The notes: generated from the sequence alone by a model not told the origin. Shown: positions 1-9,245, numbered from the stretch's first letter. The stretch is DNA of 64,000 nt from an uncultured Bacilli bacterium (GCA_947585595.1 CANPXB010000003.1:20301-84300); one strand, 5' to 3'. Program-made: numbers and translations.

Positions 1-1
1 A

Positions 2-658
2 GTTTTATTTTTATTAGCTTTAGTCCTTCCTTTAATAGCCAGTCTTAATATTAATATGACTTATAAAAAATATAAGAAGGTCAAGAATGGTAAAAAATTA
101 ACTGGTTTTGATGTGGCTCGAAAAATCTTAGATGAAAATGGTCTTAATAATATGTATATTGTTGAAGTTCCTGGTAACTTAACTGATCATTATGATCCAA
201 AACAAAAAGTTGTAAGATTATCAAGTGAAATCTTTCATGGTGAAACAGTTGCTGCTGCTGCCGTTGCTGCTCATGAATGTGGTCATGCTATTCAAGATAA
301 AGAAGGTTACACTTGGATGAAAATAAGATCTGCTATATATCCTATTGTTAACTTCGGTACATCTATTGCTTATATCTTATTCTTTATAAGTGTTCTTCTT
401 CAATTCGTTGATTTATTATTAGTTGGTATTACTATAATTGTACTAGGTCTAGCTTTTCAAATAGTAACTCTACCAGTTGAATTTGATGCTAGTAAACGTG
501 CTCTAACTCTTTTAAAAAAATACAACCTTGTAACTGAAGGAGAACGTGCTGGTAGCAAGAAAGTCTTAACAGCTGCTGCTCTAACTTATGTTGCTGCTGT
601 TTTATCATCATTATTAGATTTAATTAGATTACTAAATGCTTATAATGATCGTAACTAA
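2..658 (+). CDS. yugP: YugP-family neutral zinc metallopeptidase (Zn_peptidase_2); 5' end lies outside the window
   Basis: The frame is open from nt 2 (VLFLLALVLPLIASLNIN precedes the ATG at 56 used by the ORF track). HECGH zinc motif. Collinear with B. subtilis YugP (LTDHYDP, VRLS, TLPVEFDAS, AAALTYVAA). Confidence 0.85.
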   Translation, partial: VLFLLALVLPLIASLNINMTYKKYKKVKNGKKLTGFDVARKILDENGLNNMYIVEVPGNLTDHYDPKQKVVRLSSEIFHGETVAAAAVAAHECGHAIQDKEGYTWMKIRSAIYPIVNFGTSIAYILFFISVLLQFVDLLLVGITIIVLGLAFQIVTLPVEFDASKRALTLLKKYNLVTEGERAGSKKVLTAAALTYVAAVLSSLLDLIRLLNAYNDRN

Positions 659-666
659 GATATTGT

Positions 667-700
667 AAAGATAAATATGCGTATATTTATCTTTTTTCTT
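667..700 (+). terminator. Rho-independent terminator after yugP
   Basis: Perfect 12-bp stem AAAGATAAATAT / ATATTTATCTTT, 4-nt loop, followed by a T-run. Confidence 0.8.
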
Positions 701-744
701 TAAATGCTATATTTAGATGATATAATTATTTTAGAGGTGCTAGT

Positions 745-1707
745 ATGAATATAATAGATAAAAAGAAACCAGAACAAACTCCTAACTACTTCTATGGAAT
801 TGATATTAATGATAAAGAAGCTGTTAGAGTAGAATATGAACGTTTAAGAAAAAAACATCGTAATATAACTATCTTAGTTATCATTGTCTTAGCTTGTTTA
901 AGCATTGTTATTGGCGATTTCGTTCGTGTTACTAAACTAGGAGGTAAACCAATCTTTGCTACTAGTGAAAAAGTTGAAAGAGGTACTTTATTTACCGGCT
1001 TAGGATATAAAGTATTATACTGTAATAATGGTCAAAGATATGTCGGTTCTGTTTTATATAAATCTTGTGAAGAATTTGATGAAAACACTTTTAGTAATGT
1101 TTTATATGAAAAATTAATTGAATATTCTGCTGCTAATAAAACATTAAATCGTAGTGACTTAAAAGACTTTAAAGTTAATGATGTCATATTTGATGAAGAA
1201 AATGAAGAAGAAGGTTCTGACTACTTAGCATCTATTACTTTCTCATGTAATGCTGATAACAATAAATGTTTTAAAACAACTAAAGAATATAATGATCCAT
1301 ATAATATCAAACTATATGTTAGATTTGATAAATATAATGAAATATATGATGTAATTCCTTTTAAAGCAACTGGTGCATATGCTGATCAATTAGTTGAACA
1401 ATATATTCCTAAAATAGAAGCTTATCTTAAAGAAAATAATCTATTAGTCGAAGATAATTTAGATCATTTCTATTTAAAATTAGTAGAAAATCATGGTAAA
1501 TATAAATTTAGAGGTGAAACATACGCTGATAGTTACTTAGTTCAAATAGATTATAGTTGTAAAGATGAGACTAATACTTGTATAACTCCTCCAGATAATG
1601 AAGACTTAGATGGTGATTTCGCTAACTTATCATTCTATATGTCTATGTTTGTTGATGAAGAAGATAATATCTCTTTGATGGGCTCAAGACAGTATTTTAA
1701 TCTATAA
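745..1707 (+). CDS. Hypothetical membrane-anchored protein
   Basis: RBS AGAGGTG upstream of the ATG. Single TM helix (ITILVIIVLACLSIVIGDFV) followed by a Cys-containing acidic domain. No family recognised. Confidence 0.55.
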   Translation: MNIIDKKKPEQTPNYFYGIDINDKEAVRVEYERLRKKHRNITILVIIVLACLSIVIGDFVRVTKLGGKPIFATSEKVERGTLFTGLGYKVLYCNNGQRYVGSVLYKSCEEFDENTFSNVLYEKLIEYSAANKTLNRSDLKDFKVNDVIFDEENEEEGSDYLASITFSCNADNNKCFKTTKEYNDPYNIKLYVRFDKYNEIYDVIPFKATGAYADQLVEQYIPKIEAYLKENNLLVEDNLDHFYLKLVENHGKYKFRGETYADSYLVQIDYSCKDETNTCITPPDNEDLDGDFANLSFYMSMFVDEEDNISLMGSRQYFNL

Positions 1708-1734
1708 TAAATAATCATAGAAAGGAAATATCTT

Positions 1735-2976
1735 ATGCAATTTATTGATAACTTAACTAAAAAAGAATATGTAACTTTCTTTAATTCATTCCCCTATAGT
1801 CATTTCTTACAATCTTATGCTTGGGGTGAAACTAATAAAGAAACTAGGGGTAAAACACCATGTTATGTTGGTTTAAAAGATGATAATAATAAACTAGTAG
1901 CAGCAGCTTTATTACTTAAAAAATCTATGCCTTTTAATCTATGTTATTATTATTGCCCACGTGGTTACTTAATTGATTTTAATAACCAAGAACTAGTTAA
2001 AACATTTACTGAAGAAATAAAAAAATATTTAAAACAAAATAATGCAATTTATTTAAAAATAAATCCGGAAATAATGTATCAAGAAATTGATGAAAATGGT
2101 AATCGTCTTCCAAATGGTGATAATAATATTACTATTTATAATAATTTAATTACTTTAGGATATAAACATAAAGGTTTTGTTAAACTATATGAAAATAATG
2201 AACCAAGATATACTTTTAGAAGATATTTTAAAGATTATCAAAGTATGGAAGAAATCGATCAGAGTATCTCTAAAACCTTTATGAAAACTGTTCGACGTAG
2301 TTATACTTATGGTTTAAAAGTTAATTGTGACGCTAATGTCGATAACTTTTATGAATTAAATAAATCTAATGCTGCTAAAGATAACTTTGTTCAATACTCA
2401 GATAAATTCTATAAAACTCTATATAAATATGGTCATAAAGATCATAATTTATTAGTTTTTGAAATATCAGTTAATCCTAAAAAGTTATATCAAGAAACAC
2501 TAGATAATTTAAATAAAATGAACGAAGATTTAGATAGTGGTAAAATCAATAAAAAACAAATGGCTGATGCTATTAATAAAAAGAATCGTTTAGAAAAAGA
2601 AGTTGAACTGTTTAAACCATATAAAGATGAAGAAAACTTAGTTATTTGTTCAATGATTAATGGCATAGCTAATAAAGATATGTGGACTATGTATATTGGT
2701 AATAATAAACTAGGTGAAGATTTATTTGCTGTTAATCGTGTTTATTATGAAACTATTAAGTATTGTTATGAAAATAACTATCATTTCTTAGATTTATATG
2801 GTACAGTTGGTGATCCTAATACTAAGTATAAGAATCTAGCTGGTCTTCATGATTATAAAAAGAAGTTTGGTGATAAATATATTGAATTCATTGGTGAATT
2901 TGATTTAGTCAATAAACCATTATGGTACTTAATATTACCAATTATTTTAAAAGTATATCGTACTATAAAAAGATAA
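1735..2976 (+). CDS. FemAB-family peptidoglycan interpeptide-bridge aminoacyltransferase
   Basis: N-terminus (FFNSFPYSHFLQSYAWGE) and C-terminus (YLDLYG, LHDYKKKFG) match the FemA/FemX/MurM architecture. A central coiled-coil insert is present. Confidence 0.85.
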   Translation: MQFIDNLTKKEYVTFFNSFPYSHFLQSYAWGETNKETRGKTPCYVGLKDDNNKLVAAALLLKKSMPFNLCYYYCPRGYLIDFNNQELVKTFTEEIKKYLKQNNAIYLKINPEIMYQEIDENGNRLPNGDNNITIYNNLITLGYKHKGFVKLYENNEPRYTFRRYFKDYQSMEEIDQSISKTFMKTVRRSYTYGLKVNCDANVDNFYELNKSNAAKDNFVQYSDKFYKTLYKYGHKDHNLLVFEISVNPKKLYQETLDNLNKMNEDLDSGKINKKQMADAINKKNRLEKEVELFKPYKDEENLVICSMINGIANKDMWTMYIGNNKLGEDLFAVNRVYYETIKYCYENNYHFLDLYGTVGDPNTKYKNLAGLHDYKKKFGDKYIEFIGEFDLVNKPLWYLILPIILKVYRTIKR

Positions 2977-2989
2977 AGCAGGTGATAAA

Positions 2990-4216
2990 ATGAAATTTTG
3001 TGAACTTAATGATATCGAATTTATGTCTTTTGTAAATTCTCGTCCCGAAAAAAACTTTTTTCAAACAACAATGATGAAAGAAAGAATTGAAAAAGATGGT
3101 CTTAAAGTATACCTAGTTGGTGTTAAAGAAGATAATCAAGTAGTTGCAGCTTCCCTTATAGCTGAAACTGGTCATACTTTTATGGGTAAAAAGACATATG
3201 AAGCTTATAAAGGCTTTATCTTAGATTATCATAATAATGAGTTACTTAAATATATGACAGAACAAGTAAGTGCTTTCTTAAAAGAAAAGAATGCTTTAAG
3301 ATTAATTATTGATCCATATATTCCTAATGTCTCACGTGATGCCGATGCTAATATTGTTGAAGGTGTTGATAACCGTGATGTTGTTAACTATCTATCCTCA
3401 TTAGGATACAAAGAAAATCCAAATGGTGCTCAAGTAAAATGGTGTTATTGTCTAGATATTGATGGTAAAACTCCAGATGAACTATTTAAAGAATTTAAAA
3501 GTAATACGAGAAATTACATTAATCGTACTATCTCTAAGTATAAGTTAGAACTAAAAACTTTAAAAAGAGATGAATTAAGTGAATTTAAACAAGTAACAAG
3601 TGATACTTGTGAAAGAAGAGATTTTGCTGATAAAACTCTTAAATACTATGAAGAAATGTATGATTGTTTTAAAGACGATGTAACATTCCAAATCTGTTCT
3701 TTAAACTGTGATACATATATTAGTGTCTTAGAAGAAGAAAATAAAACCTTTGAAGATAAAATAACTAATCTATCAGATGCTTCATCAAATAAAAAGAAAA
3801 AAGAAGAGATGAAGAAAAAACTAGAAGCTAATTTAAATAAAATAGCTGAAACTAAAAAACTTAAAAAAGAAAAAGGCAATATTATTCCTTTATCAGCAGC
3901 TATGTTTATGTTATATGGTGATGAAATAGTCTATTTATTTAGTGGTTCATATGCTGAATACATGAGTTTCTGCGGTCAATATCGTCTTCAATGGGAAATA
4001 ATTAAATATGCAGCAGAACATAATTATCAAAGATATAATTTCTATGGTATTAAAGATGTCTTTGATAAAAATGGTAAAGACTATGGTGTATATGAATTTA
4101 AAAAAGGTTTTGGTGGTTATGTCTTAGAATTAGTAGGATCTTTCGAACTAAGTCTAAGTTTCCCAGATAAAATCTATCATCTTTTAAGAAAAATAAAAAG
4201 GTTAGTGAAAAGATAA
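2990..4216 (+). CDS. FemAB-family peptidoglycan interpeptide-bridge aminoacyltransferase (second paralogue)
   Basis: Collinear with S. aureus FemA (MKF..L...EF..F, IDPY, Lys/Glu-rich coiled-coil arm, QWEIIKYA, RYNFYG, FKKGFGG). Confidence 0.9.
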   Translation: MKFCELNDIEFMSFVNSRPEKNFFQTTMMKERIEKDGLKVYLVGVKEDNQVVAASLIAETGHTFMGKKTYEAYKGFILDYHNNELLKYMTEQVSAFLKEKNALRLIIDPYIPNVSRDADANIVEGVDNRDVVNYLSSLGYKENPNGAQVKWCYCLDIDGKTPDELFKEFKSNTRNYINRTISKYKLELKTLKRDELSEFKQVTSDTCERRDFADKTLKYYEEMYDCFKDDVTFQICSLNCDTYISVLEEENKTFEDKITNLSDASSNKKKKEEMKKKLEANLNKIAETKKLKKEKGNIIPLSAAMFMLYGDEIVYLFSGSYAEYMSFCGQYRLQWEIIKYAAEHNYQRYNFYGIKDVFDKNGKDYGVYEFKKGFGGYVLELVGSFELSLSFPDKIYHLLRKIKRLVKR

Positions 4217-4707
4217 TGCATATAACACATCCTTTCGCTCCTATCTATAATAGTGAATCTAAAATTCTTATTTTAGGAACGATACCTTCGGTAAAATCAC
4301 GTGAAGTATCCTTCTATTATGGTCATCCCCAAAATAGATTTTGGCATCTTTTATCTATGGTATTTAATGAACCAATTGAAGATAATGAAGAAGCTAAAAT
4401 ATCATTTCTCTTAAATCATAAAATAGCTTTATTTGATGTCCTAAAAAGTTGTGATATTACTTCATCTAGTGATAGTTCTATTAAAAACCCTATCCCTAAT
4501 GATTTTACTGATATTATAAACAATTCTCATATTGATACCATTTTTACTACTGGTAAAAAAGCTTATGACTTATATAATAAATATTGTTATCCTAAAACAA
4601 ATATAAAAGCTATTCTTTTACCAAGTCCATCTCCGGCTAATTGTAAATTCAGTATTGAAGAATTATCTACATACTATAAAATAATTAAAGAAAAAATTAA
4701 TAATTAG
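4216..4707 (+). CDS. DNA-deoxyinosine (hypoxanthine) glycosylase-like protein, UDG superfamily family 6
   Basis: N-terminal signature ILILGTIPSVKS...FYYGHPQNRFW is typical of family-6 UDG/HDG. The start overlaps the femAB stop (TAATG). Confidence 0.65.
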   Translation: MHITHPFAPIYNSESKILILGTIPSVKSREVSFYYGHPQNRFWHLLSMVFNEPIEDNEEAKISFLLNHKIALFDVLKSCDITSSSDSSIKNPIPNDFTDIINNSHIDTIFTTGKKAYDLYNKYCYPKTNIKAILLPSPSPANCKFSIEELSTYYKIIKEKINN

Positions 4708-4732
4708 AAACTAGAGTAATCTAGTTTTTTTT
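4708..4732 (+). terminator. Rho-independent terminator
   Basis: Stem AAACTAG / CTAGTTT with a 6-nt loop, followed by T8. Confidence 0.7.
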
Positions 4733-4744
4733 AATTCCATTAGA

Positions 4745-4773
4745 TTGAACATAATATTAATATTTAGTATAAT
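4745..4773 (+). promoter_or_regulatory. Sigma-A-type promoter of the five-gene operon
   Basis: -35 TTGAAC (4745-4750), 17-nt spacer, consensus -10 TATAAT (4768-4773). It lies 25 nt upstream of the 4798 start. Confidence 0.65.
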
Positions 4774-4797
4774 AATTAATAGTAGGGAAGTGGCTAT

Positions 4798-5208
4798 ATG
4801 AGTCTTGAATATATCGATAATAATCAAAATAATTTACTAAAGAAAGTCCATATTTATAATGATAATTTTACTAAAGAACAATTAACTGAATATGAAAATA
4901 CTATCTTTACTATAAAACTTTCTCGTCGTAAAAGAGCTGAACTAGAACTAGCTCGTCTTAAACAAGAAATAAGTAAATTAGAAGATCCTGATCCATCTAT
5001 TTATGAAGAATATTTAGAATTAAGTAAATTACTTAAAGTAGCTGATTTCGATCCTAGTGTTATTGATGAAATATATGCTCGTATTGTTAAACTTCAATTA
5101 CTAAATGGTATCAGTATTCGTTTATATACTGCCTTTTCTTTATTACAAGAACAATTAGAGCATCAAATGAAATTAGTTAAAGATCCTGAAGAAAAGAAGG
5201 TGAAATAA
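4798..5208 (+). CDS. Hypothetical coiled-coil protein (operon gene 1 of 5)
   Basis: RBS GGGAAGTGG. Helical and charged sequence with no TM segment. No family recognised. Confidence 0.55.
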   Translation: MSLEYIDNNQNNLLKKVHIYNDNFTKEQLTEYENTIFTIKLSRRKRAELELARLKQEISKLEDPDPSIYEEYLELSKLLKVADFDPSVIDEIYARIVKLQLLNGISIRLYTAFSLLQEQLEHQMKLVKDPEEKKVK

Positions 5209-6830
5209 TGGATTCTACAAATACTGTAATGGTTAAATTTATCACTTATTTAAATGAGTATGTTGCTACTTTAGATAAACGCCTTCAAGATATGGAAACT
5301 CTTTATAATGCCCATAGTTACTTACTTAGCAATTATAAACAGAATGTTGATTTAGTTGAAGCTGTCTCTTCTATTCCTTTAGAAAAGATTTGTGAACTTC
5401 TATCTCTTTTTGAATCAACTTCTAAATATAGTCAGACGGAATTAGAAAATGCTCTTAAATTTTGTAAAATATGTGAATTAAACCCTAAGTTTAAAGGACA
5501 CGAAAGATATCAAGAAATGCATAGCATTTTAGAATATGTCAATAATGTCTTTACTCGTCATATCTTTAGTAATCAAAGTGAAATAAATTATAATCGTATT
5601 GAAGATACTAAATCTCTTGCTAAAAAATTTCATGATTTACAATCATTTATTAATGGTACATTACCTAATTATGTCTTAGAACCAGTAGAATCTTATTACT
5701 TTGAACACGCTAATCTTTCTCCTGAAGAATGGTTAGAAGTTTATTTTAACTTAACAATGATTCAAATAGAATACTATAAAAGAAGTGAAGATGAATTAAA
5801 AGCTGAAATAGCTACTAAAGAAGAACAACGAAGAATAGCCATGACTGAAGCTCTAGAAAAGAAAATCTTAAAATCTCTTCCAGCTGAAGATGCCTTAGTT
5901 TTAAAGCCCAATGGTCAAACAGCGGAAGTAGAAGAACCTGAAGTCGAAGAAGATATTCCAGAACCAGTAGTTAAAACATCAGAACCAAAAGGTAAACCAC
6001 TATCTAGTAATGAAGAAATAAGTCAAAAACTAGCTATCTTACAAGAAAAATATAAAGCTTATAAATACTTAGGTAAAATAACTCCAACTATGCGTGAAAG
6101 CTTTAAATTAAACTTTGATTTAAATGATATCCCATCATCTTTAGAATATGTCAAAATAGCTTATAATCCAACTGATTATCATAAATTCTTATTTTTCTGT
6201 TTCTATGAAAAATATTCAACTATTTTAAATGATGTTAGTGAACCTTATAATGAAGACTTTGATGAATATGTTGAATTTATTCTAGAAGACATCACTCAAG
6301 CTCTTGACTTCATAACTATTCTCGAAGATGAATTAGCATTAGCTGATAAAGAATTAGAACAAGCTACTGAAAGTGAATTACCACAACCTGAAGAAGTCGA
6401 AAAACCATATAAATTAATCTTCTATGATGTTAGTTCTTCTTCCGAAATTGAAAAGAATATGAAAAGTATGACTCCTGAAAAAATAAATGATTTAGTTTCT
6501 TTACTATTTCGTTTAGAAGATGGTCGTTTTGATGGTGTTAGATTCCTTAAGAAAAATACTAAAGTTGGTTTTAAATTATTAATTGGTCAATTAGTATTTG
6601 TTACTTTTAGAACTTTACCAAATAATCATATTCTTATCTTTACATCTGGTTCCTTAGAAGAAATGAATAATAATAGTGTAAATAATCGTTTAAATGCTTA
6701 TGATATAAATGTTGAAAAGAAAATAAATTCCATAATTAAAGATGGTACTTTAGAATATCGTAAATTACTAAAACGCAGTGAAGATATCCATTCATTAGTC
6801 TTCACTCAGTCACTAGGAAAAGGTGTGTAA
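5208..6830 (+). CDS. Hypothetical 540-aa acidic protein; the C-terminal ~120 aa resemble a RelE/HigB(Gp49)-like fold (operon gene 2)
   Basis: The start overlaps the upstream stop (TAATG). There is an acidic Pro/Glu linker. The C-terminal pattern YKLIFYDV...LVSLLFRLEDG...GFKLLIGQLVFVTFRTLPNNHILIF is similar to toxin-fold consensus patterns. This is judged by eye only. Confidence 0.5.
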   Translation: MDSTNTVMVKFITYLNEYVATLDKRLQDMETLYNAHSYLLSNYKQNVDLVEAVSSIPLEKICELLSLFESTSKYSQTELENALKFCKICELNPKFKGHERYQEMHSILEYVNNVFTRHIFSNQSEINYNRIEDTKSLAKKFHDLQSFINGTLPNYVLEPVESYYFEHANLSPEEWLEVYFNLTMIQIEYYKRSEDELKAEIATKEEQRRIAMTEALEKKILKSLPAEDALVLKPNGQTAEVEEPEVEEDIPEPVVKTSEPKGKPLSSNEEISQKLAILQEKYKAYKYLGKITPTMRESFKLNFDLNDIPSSLEYVKIAYNPTDYHKFLFFCFYEKYSTILNDVSEPYNEDFDEYVEFILEDITQALDFITILEDELALADKELEQATESELPQPEEVEKPYKLIFYDVSSSSEIEKNMKSMTPEKINDLVSLLFRLEDGRFDGVRFLKKNTKVGFKLLIGQLVFVTFRTLPNNHILIFTSGSLEEMNNNSVNNRLNAYDINVEKKINSIIKDGTLEYRKLLKRSEDIHSLVFTQSLGKGV

Positions 6831-6831
6831 T

Positions 6832-7032
6832 ATGGATAAAGTAAGAAGACAAGCTATTTCTTTAATTTATCAAATAACTAAAGAAATTAAAGAACATAAT
6901 ATTGAAGTCATACCTTTATGTGAACGTTTATGTTTAAGTCCTGAAGAATTTCTCGATTTAATGAATAAACCCCAAAATAATTTATCTTTATATATTGAAA
7001 TATTAGAGGAGGTGCGAAATGAAAGAGATTGA
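6832..7032 (+). CDS. Small XRE-like helix-turn-helix protein (operon gene 3)
   Basis: I prefer the ATG at 6832 (RBS GGAAAAGGTG) over the track start at 6823. LCERLCLSPEEFLDLMNKPQNNLSLYIEIL aligns with the HTH_XRE consensus (LAeklGvS...is..E.G..nPsl..l..l). Confidence 0.5.
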   Translation: MDKVRRQAISLIYQITKEIKEHNIEVIPLCERLCLSPEEFLDLMNKPQNNLSLYIEILEEVRNERD

Positions 7033-8896
7033 TGAACAATTCTTAAAAGAAATAGTTAGAATAGTTGCTAAAAGAATTAAAGAAATAAATGCCTCTATCG
7101 CTGATTCTAATGAAGGTCTTCATAAAATAGATGATTTTGATATCGTTATTAATCATATTCGTGAAAACAATCTTTGTTTCGCCAACTCCGACTTTAAAAA
7201 TAAAGTTCAATCTGTTTTAACTGGTCTTAAATTAGAAGATAAAACAATCTTAACTAAAGCTATTGATGACTTAGATTATCTATGTTTCTTAGCTGAATGT
7301 ATTGATAATGGTATGATTAATGAATATAAAGAATCAGAACTTGCTATTATTGAGCGTTTAATTAAGTCAATTGAACAAATAAAAAATATTTCTATTGCTG
7401 AAAATGATTCATATCGTCAAAGTGTATCTAAGAAAACTAATGAATTAGAACTATGTACTTCTTTATATGATAAATTACGTAAAGGAGATGAAGGCTTATT
7501 TCATTTCCAAGCTCAAGAAATCTCTTATTTATTAAATTTATTATCTTCTAAAGATATAACTTATCGTTATCATGTCCTTGATTTGATCAATCGTATGGAA
7601 GCTCAAATTACGGAGAATAATAAAGAATTCTTAAGAGCTGATATTGAAGAATTTGATTCTGAACCAGAACCAATTGAAGAAATTGATGAAGATTTAATTA
7701 TCTCTATCTTTAATAAATATAACTTTGATTATTCAATCTTTACTGATAAACAAAAAAATATCTTAAGAACTAGATGTGATTTAGGACGTATTGAAGAAGT
7801 CTTAGAAGTCTTATCTACTCGTCCTGAATATGAATTCGTCAGACAATACGGTAAATCTCGTAATATAAATGAAAAAATAAGAAGTATTAATATTCGTAAA
7901 TTATTCTTTGTTATTCGTTTTGCATCTAAAGAAACTTTAGAGTATTTAATCGAAGATGCTAAATCTCGTGGTGTCCGTGTTGAAGACATCTTCACTGTTA
8001 ATGGTGTTTATAAGAAAGTATCTCGTACTAAAGAAAATCCTGCTCCTGGTGGTGAAAGTCCAACTGATGATGACTACTTAAGTGGTTCATATGAATACTA
8101 TAAGATTAATGCTAACTTATTTGATCGTTTATCTAAAGAATATAATGCAACTCATCCTGATGCTAATATTGATTTATATCGTCAAATCCTTGAAACCTCA
8201 CCTGATGTTTTAGCAACTCCATCAGATGTTGTAGCAAGAAACGTTAAACAAGCCGACCTATATGGTATTAACTTAATTGGTGAAGATCATTATATTAAAG
8301 CTCCAACTGTCTTAACTTCACGTATCTTTATTCATCTAGTAGATGTTTTAATTGAAAATAGTGATAATCGCAATAACTTCTTTGGTTATTTATTACAATA
8401 TCCATCAATTCTTCGTGAAGAAAAAACTATTAGAAAAATCTTATATAAATTATATAAAGGTTATGAAACAACTATCGTCAATCCTACTACTAATCGTTTA
8501 AGATCAATCCGTACGGAAAAAGAACCATATGACTTAGATGAAGTAATTAATCGTGATAATATTGAAAGCTTAATTACTAATATACCTGATAGTTTAATAA
8601 CTTATATTGATGAAAATGAATATAGTATAGATAAATTCATTCAAGATGAATATACTACTCGTTTAGATAATGATCCTAATGTTGGGGAAGATGAACATGC
8701 TTATATAATTAATGGTGTTCGTGTTTCTAAATTAAAATTTAAACGTATATGGACTTTAATTATGAAAAGTGGTTTAGCAGATAATATTCCTAAAGATCAA
8801 TTATTAATCTTAGCTTTAACTTATAATAGTTATTATCGTGATAGTGATTTAACAGCTTTAAAAGAATATACTACTTCATTAGGATTTAAGGGGTGA
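7019..8896 (+). CDS. Hypothetical 625-aa helical-repeat protein with mTERF-like motifs (operon gene 4)
   Basis: RBS GAGGAGGTG. 14-nt overlap with the upstream gene. Repeats such as ETLEYLIEDAKSRGVRVEDIF, SPDVLATPSDVVARNVKQADLYGINL and LLQYPSIL resemble mTERF repeats. Confidence 0.5.
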   Translation: MKEIDEQFLKEIVRIVAKRIKEINASIADSNEGLHKIDDFDIVINHIRENNLCFANSDFKNKVQSVLTGLKLEDKTILTKAIDDLDYLCFLAECIDNGMINEYKESELAIIERLIKSIEQIKNISIAENDSYRQSVSKKTNELELCTSLYDKLRKGDEGLFHFQAQEISYLLNLLSSKDITYRYHVLDLINRMEAQITENNKEFLRADIEEFDSEPEPIEEIDEDLIISIFNKYNFDYSIFTDKQKNILRTRCDLGRIEEVLEVLSTRPEYEFVRQYGKSRNINEKIRSINIRKLFFVIRFASKETLEYLIEDAKSRGVRVEDIFTVNGVYKKVSRTKENPAPGGESPTDDDYLSGSYEYYKINANLFDRLSKEYNATHPDANIDLYRQILETSPDVLATPSDVVARNVKQADLYGINLIGEDHYIKAPTVLTSRIFIHLVDVLIENSDNRNNFFGYLLQYPSILREEKTIRKILYKLYKGYETTIVNPTTNRLRSIRTEKEPYDLDEVINRDNIESLITNIPDSLITYIDENEYSIDKFIQDEYTTRLDNDPNVGEDEHAYIINGVRVSKLKFKRIWTLIMKSGLADNIPKDQLLILALTYNSYYRDSDLTALKEYTTSLGFKG

Positions 8897-8900
8897 TTAG

Positions 8901-9212
8901 ATGTTTGAATTATTAGATGGCTTTGATTTATCACAAGAAACAATTAATTATTTAGAAGAAACATGTTCTCCTTCTGAAAGAAGAGAACTAGAAAACTGTA
9001 TTGATCGTTTCTATTCCTCTATAATGTATTTAAGAGAAATAGGTGTTACTAATAAGACAATCGAAGAAATTATTACCGAAGATCATCATATCCTACTAGC
9101 AGGTAAAGAAAATATTAAAAGAGCTTTATCTAAATTAGATAATTTAAATGCTTATGTTACTTTACTAAATAGTGATATCAAATATATGAATAATCTAAAG
9201 AATAAAAATTAG
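8901..9212 (+). CDS. Hypothetical 103-aa protein with an mTERF-like repeat (operon gene 5)
   Basis: RBS AAGGGG. The start lies 4 nt after the upstream stop. MYLREIGVTNKTIEEIITEDHHILLAGKENIKRAL resembles mTERF repeats. Confidence 0.5.
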   Translation: MFELLDGFDLSQETINYLEETCSPSERRELENCIDRFYSSIMYLREIGVTNKTIEEIITEDHHILLAGKENIKRALSKLDNLNAYVTLLNSDIKYMNNLKNKN

Positions 9213-9245
9213 AATTATAGATTATAAATATAAAGGAAGTGTAGT

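Noticed and set aside
3646-3879. 77-aa minus-strand ORF inside the second FemAB gene
   Set aside because: It is antisense to a confidently identified gene. It has a low-complexity Ser/Phe/Leu translation that mirrors the Lys/Glu-rich coiled coil, and no RBS.
7729-7995. 88-aa minus-strand ORF inside the 625-aa operon gene
   Set aside because: It is fully embedded antisense with no RBS or promoter. It is most likely a chance open frame.
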